From: Nitrosopumilus sp. | Lineage (GTDB): Archaea > Thermoproteota > Nitrososphaeria > Nitrososphaerales > Nitrosopumilaceae | Assembly (NCBI GenBank): GCA_965219345.1 | Contig: OZ244732.1 | Span: 352,001 to 416,000, forward strand | Length of the DNA stretch: 64,000 nt | Reading direction: 5' to 3' | In this document: positions 61,895 through 64,000 of the stretch, one piece after another | Numbering within the stretch: the stretch's first letter is position 1 | Layout of the letters: the number at the start of each line of letters is the position of its first letter | Notes under the pieces: generated by a model | Seen by the model: only the letters and a program-made list of their open reading frames with translations | Told to the model about the DNA's origin: nothing | Databases searched by the model: none | Program-made: the position numbers and the translations under genes

Positions 61895-63063
61895 CTAACA
61901 AAATCTTCAATTTTGTTCATTGCAGAATCCAATATCTCAAGACTAGGAAGATAGACAAGTCTGAAATGTCCGCTTCCGTATTGTTTGCCAAATCCAGAAC
62001 CGTGAACTGTCAATACACCTTTTGTTTCTAGAAGTTTTGTAACAAATTCTTTATCTGTACCAAATCTGTCATCTTCAATCTTTGGAAATGCATAAAATGC
62101 ACCTTGCGGGTTGGAACAAGAAATTCCGGGCATTTCATTTAGACGTTTTACGACCAAGTCTCTACGTTTTTTGATTTCAGAAACAAAGCTGTTGATGTAA
62201 TCTTGAGGACCGCGAAGTGATTCCAAAGCTGCATGTTGTACCGGATGACTCGTTGCAATCCTAACTCTTGCCAATTTTGGAAGATGTTCTCTGATTGCTT
62301 CAAGTTGTGGTGATCGGTTAAACGCAATGTATCCAATTCTCCAGCCAGACATGAGATGAACTTTTGAGAATCCATTTAGAACAATTACAGGTGAATCTCC
62401 AGCAACTTTACCAATTCCCACAAACTTTTCATCAAAAATAATTTGATCATAAATTTCATCGCATATTATGTAGAGATTATGTTGGTTTGCAATGTCTACT
62501 AATTCTTTGAGTGAATTTTCATCAAACACCACACCAGTAGGGTTGTTTGGACTAATCAAACAGATTGCAACTGTCTTTGAAGTGATTTTGGATTTAATGT
62601 CATCAATACCAGGTGTAGAATTATTCAAGTCTACTGCAAATTCTACAGGAGTTCCACCATGCAGTCTTACATATGATGCATATGGTGGATAATATGGTCC
62701 TGGTAAAAGTACCTCATCACCATCTTCTACAATTGAGGAGATCACCATATCAAGTCCTTCAGAGACACCATTAGTAACTAGAATTTCTTCAGCTGAAATT
62801 GATAGTCCTTTAGCATTTTCTTTTTTAGCAATCTCTTCTCTCAATTCCAAAAGACCTTCTGATGGAGAGTAATAGTTTTCTCCTTTGTTAATTGCATCAA
62901 TCAAAGCTTGTTTTACATTATCAGGCGGTTGAAAACCAAACTGTACAGGATCACCAATGTTGAGATAATCAACTTGCATTCCTTTTTGTTCCACTTTTTT
63001 TGCAGCCAAAACGATATCTCTAATCGCATATTCAACACCAGTTACTTTTTTTGACACTTTCAA
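61888..63063 (-). CDS. Class I/II PLP aminotransferase (AlaA-like)
   Basis: YAIRD, LNIGDP, PNNPTG, DEIYD, GFSK..GWRIG; TTG at 63063 avoids overlap with the tRNA. Confidence 0.9.
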   Translation of the reverse strand: MKVSKKVTGVEYAIRDIVLAAKKVEQKGMQVDYLNIGDPVQFGFQPPDNVKQALIDAINKGENYYSPSEGLLELREEIAKKENAKGLSISAEEILVTNGVSEGLDMVISSIVEDGDEVLLPGPYYPPYASYVRLHGGTPVEFAVDLNNSTPGIDDIKSKITSKTVAICLISPNNPTGVVFDENSLKELVDIANQHNLYIICDEIYDQIIFDEKFVGIGKVAGDSPVIVLNGFSKVHLMSGWRIGYIAFNRSPQLEAIREHLPKLARVRIATSHPVQHAALESLRGPQDYINSFVSEIKKRRDLVVKRLNEMPGISCSNPQGAFYAFPKIEDDRFGTDKEFVTKLLETKGVLTVHGSGFGKQYGSGHFRLVYLPSLEILDSAMNKIEDFVSQ

Positions 63064-63107
63064 AGTATCTAGACAGATATTTAGACCTGTTAAAATCTTA
63101 CTTCTTT

Positions 63108-63182
63108 GGACTCGTTGCACAGTCTGGATAGTGCGAGCGGCTTCGGACCGCTAGGTCGAGGGATCGAAGCCCTCCGAGTCCT
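63108..63182 (+). tRNA. tRNA-Arg(UCG)
   Basis: GGACTCG/CGAGTCC stem; anticodon arm AGCGG-CTTCGGA-CCGCT. Confidence 0.92.
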
Positions 63183-63224
63183 TTAGATTATCTTATTAGG
63201 TAAATAATTTGTCACTATGATGAA

Positions 63225-63716
63225 GTGAAAATATCACCATTCAAATTGGGATTAGGATTGGTGATTATGGGAATTATTTGGATTTCATTTATTTTTGTTG
63301 AAACTGAAAAAACATATGATGTAATTTTGCTAAAACAATCTGATTCTTTTGAATTAATGTCAGAATTTACAGGCGTAGATATTGGATTTTACAAAGTCTA
63401 CATGCCTGAGTTTACAGGAGAAGGGGTATTTGTCCAAATACTAGATACTAAAGATAATGTAATTCAGGAAGAACGGATTCAGACAAAAATGTCAGTAGGA
63501 TATTTTGATTTTAACGAAGATGGCACACATACTGTAAAAGTTACAAATATTTCAAAAAATCAAATCAATTTACAAGTGGAATTTGGTAATACAAATTCTC
63601 AACAAATGATTCCAGCAGGAGTTTTGGTATTAGCAGGTGCTGTGATTATTATTGTAATGTCATATCTAAAAATTAAAAATTACAATATAGAACAACCTGA
63701 TGAGAATATCTCATAG
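63225..63716 (+). CDS. Hypothetical membrane protein
   Basis: N- and C-terminal TM segments. Confidence 0.7.
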   Translation: MKISPFKLGLGLVIMGIIWISFIFVETEKTYDVILLKQSDSFELMSEFTGVDIGFYKVYMPEFTGEGVFVQILDTKDNVIQEERIQTKMSVGYFDFNEDGTHTVKVTNISKNQINLQVEFGNTNSQQMIPAGVLVLAGAVIIIVMSYLKIKNYNIEQPDENIS

Positions 63717-64000
63717 ACTGGAATACACTGAATGGTATGTCCAAAAACTAGAATCAAGTTGAAGATAAGCCAGGTTGTAAAAAACAAGAATGCCACAATT
63801 GAGAATGGAAGAAATACTTTGAGTCTTGTGTGTTCCCTATTTTTTAATATCAAAACACCCCCTAATGATGCAAGAACAAGTCCGAATTCAAGTGGCTGAT
63901 GGGACCAAGATATCAATCCATCAATTCCAAAGAGATCATGAGATAAGGAATCTCCAAAGCCTGAAATTAATTGGATTACCGAACCAGCTATAACAAGTTG
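63680..64000 (-). CDS. Multi-TM membrane protein (5' end outside window)
   Basis: Frame open to base 64000: ..GFGDSLSHDLFGIDGLISWSHQP.. Confidence 0.7.
   Translation of the reverse strand, partial: QLVIAGSVIQLISGFGDSLSHDLFGIDGLISWSHQPLEFGLVLASLGGVLILKNREHTRLKVFLPFSIVAFLFFTTWLIFNLILVFGHTIQCIPVYEIFSSGCSIL

Overview
AT-rich archaeal DNA. The gene content (4-hydroxybutyryl-CoA dehydratase next to an ADP-forming CoA ligase, a split heme-copper oxidase with a cupredoxin, F420 enzymes, CFI-box-CTERM proteins) points to an ammonia-oxidising archaeon of the Nitrosopumilus type (inference). Three housekeeping blocks (1-13.7 kb, 23.5-28.2 kb, 55.2-64 kb) and four tRNAs flank two accessory islands. Island 1 (about 13747-23431) is integrated at tRNA-Val(UAC). 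It has a degenerate att repeat and a nonsense-disrupted tyrosine integrase. Its cargo includes a candidate defence module: a MORC/GHKL ATPase with an AbiEi-like C-terminus, a coupled AbiEii nucleotidyltransferase and a divergent wHTH/PD-(D/E)xK gene, separated by a 114-bp imperfect palindrome. Island 2 (about 28.9-55.2 kb) runs from a truncated histidine kinase to the 3' end of tRNA-Lys. It carries two orphan ParB proteins, an RHH protein, a DNA amino-methyltransferase, a second MORC-like ATPase operon, a stand-alone Mre11/Rad50 pair, a nuclease, and a MUG glycosylase + DNPH1-like + YwgA-like cluster. Further along are secreted-protein genes, an IS6-bounded unit with an 8-bp target duplication, a MITE and a decayed IS5. 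All family calls come from motif recognition by eye; no database search was run.
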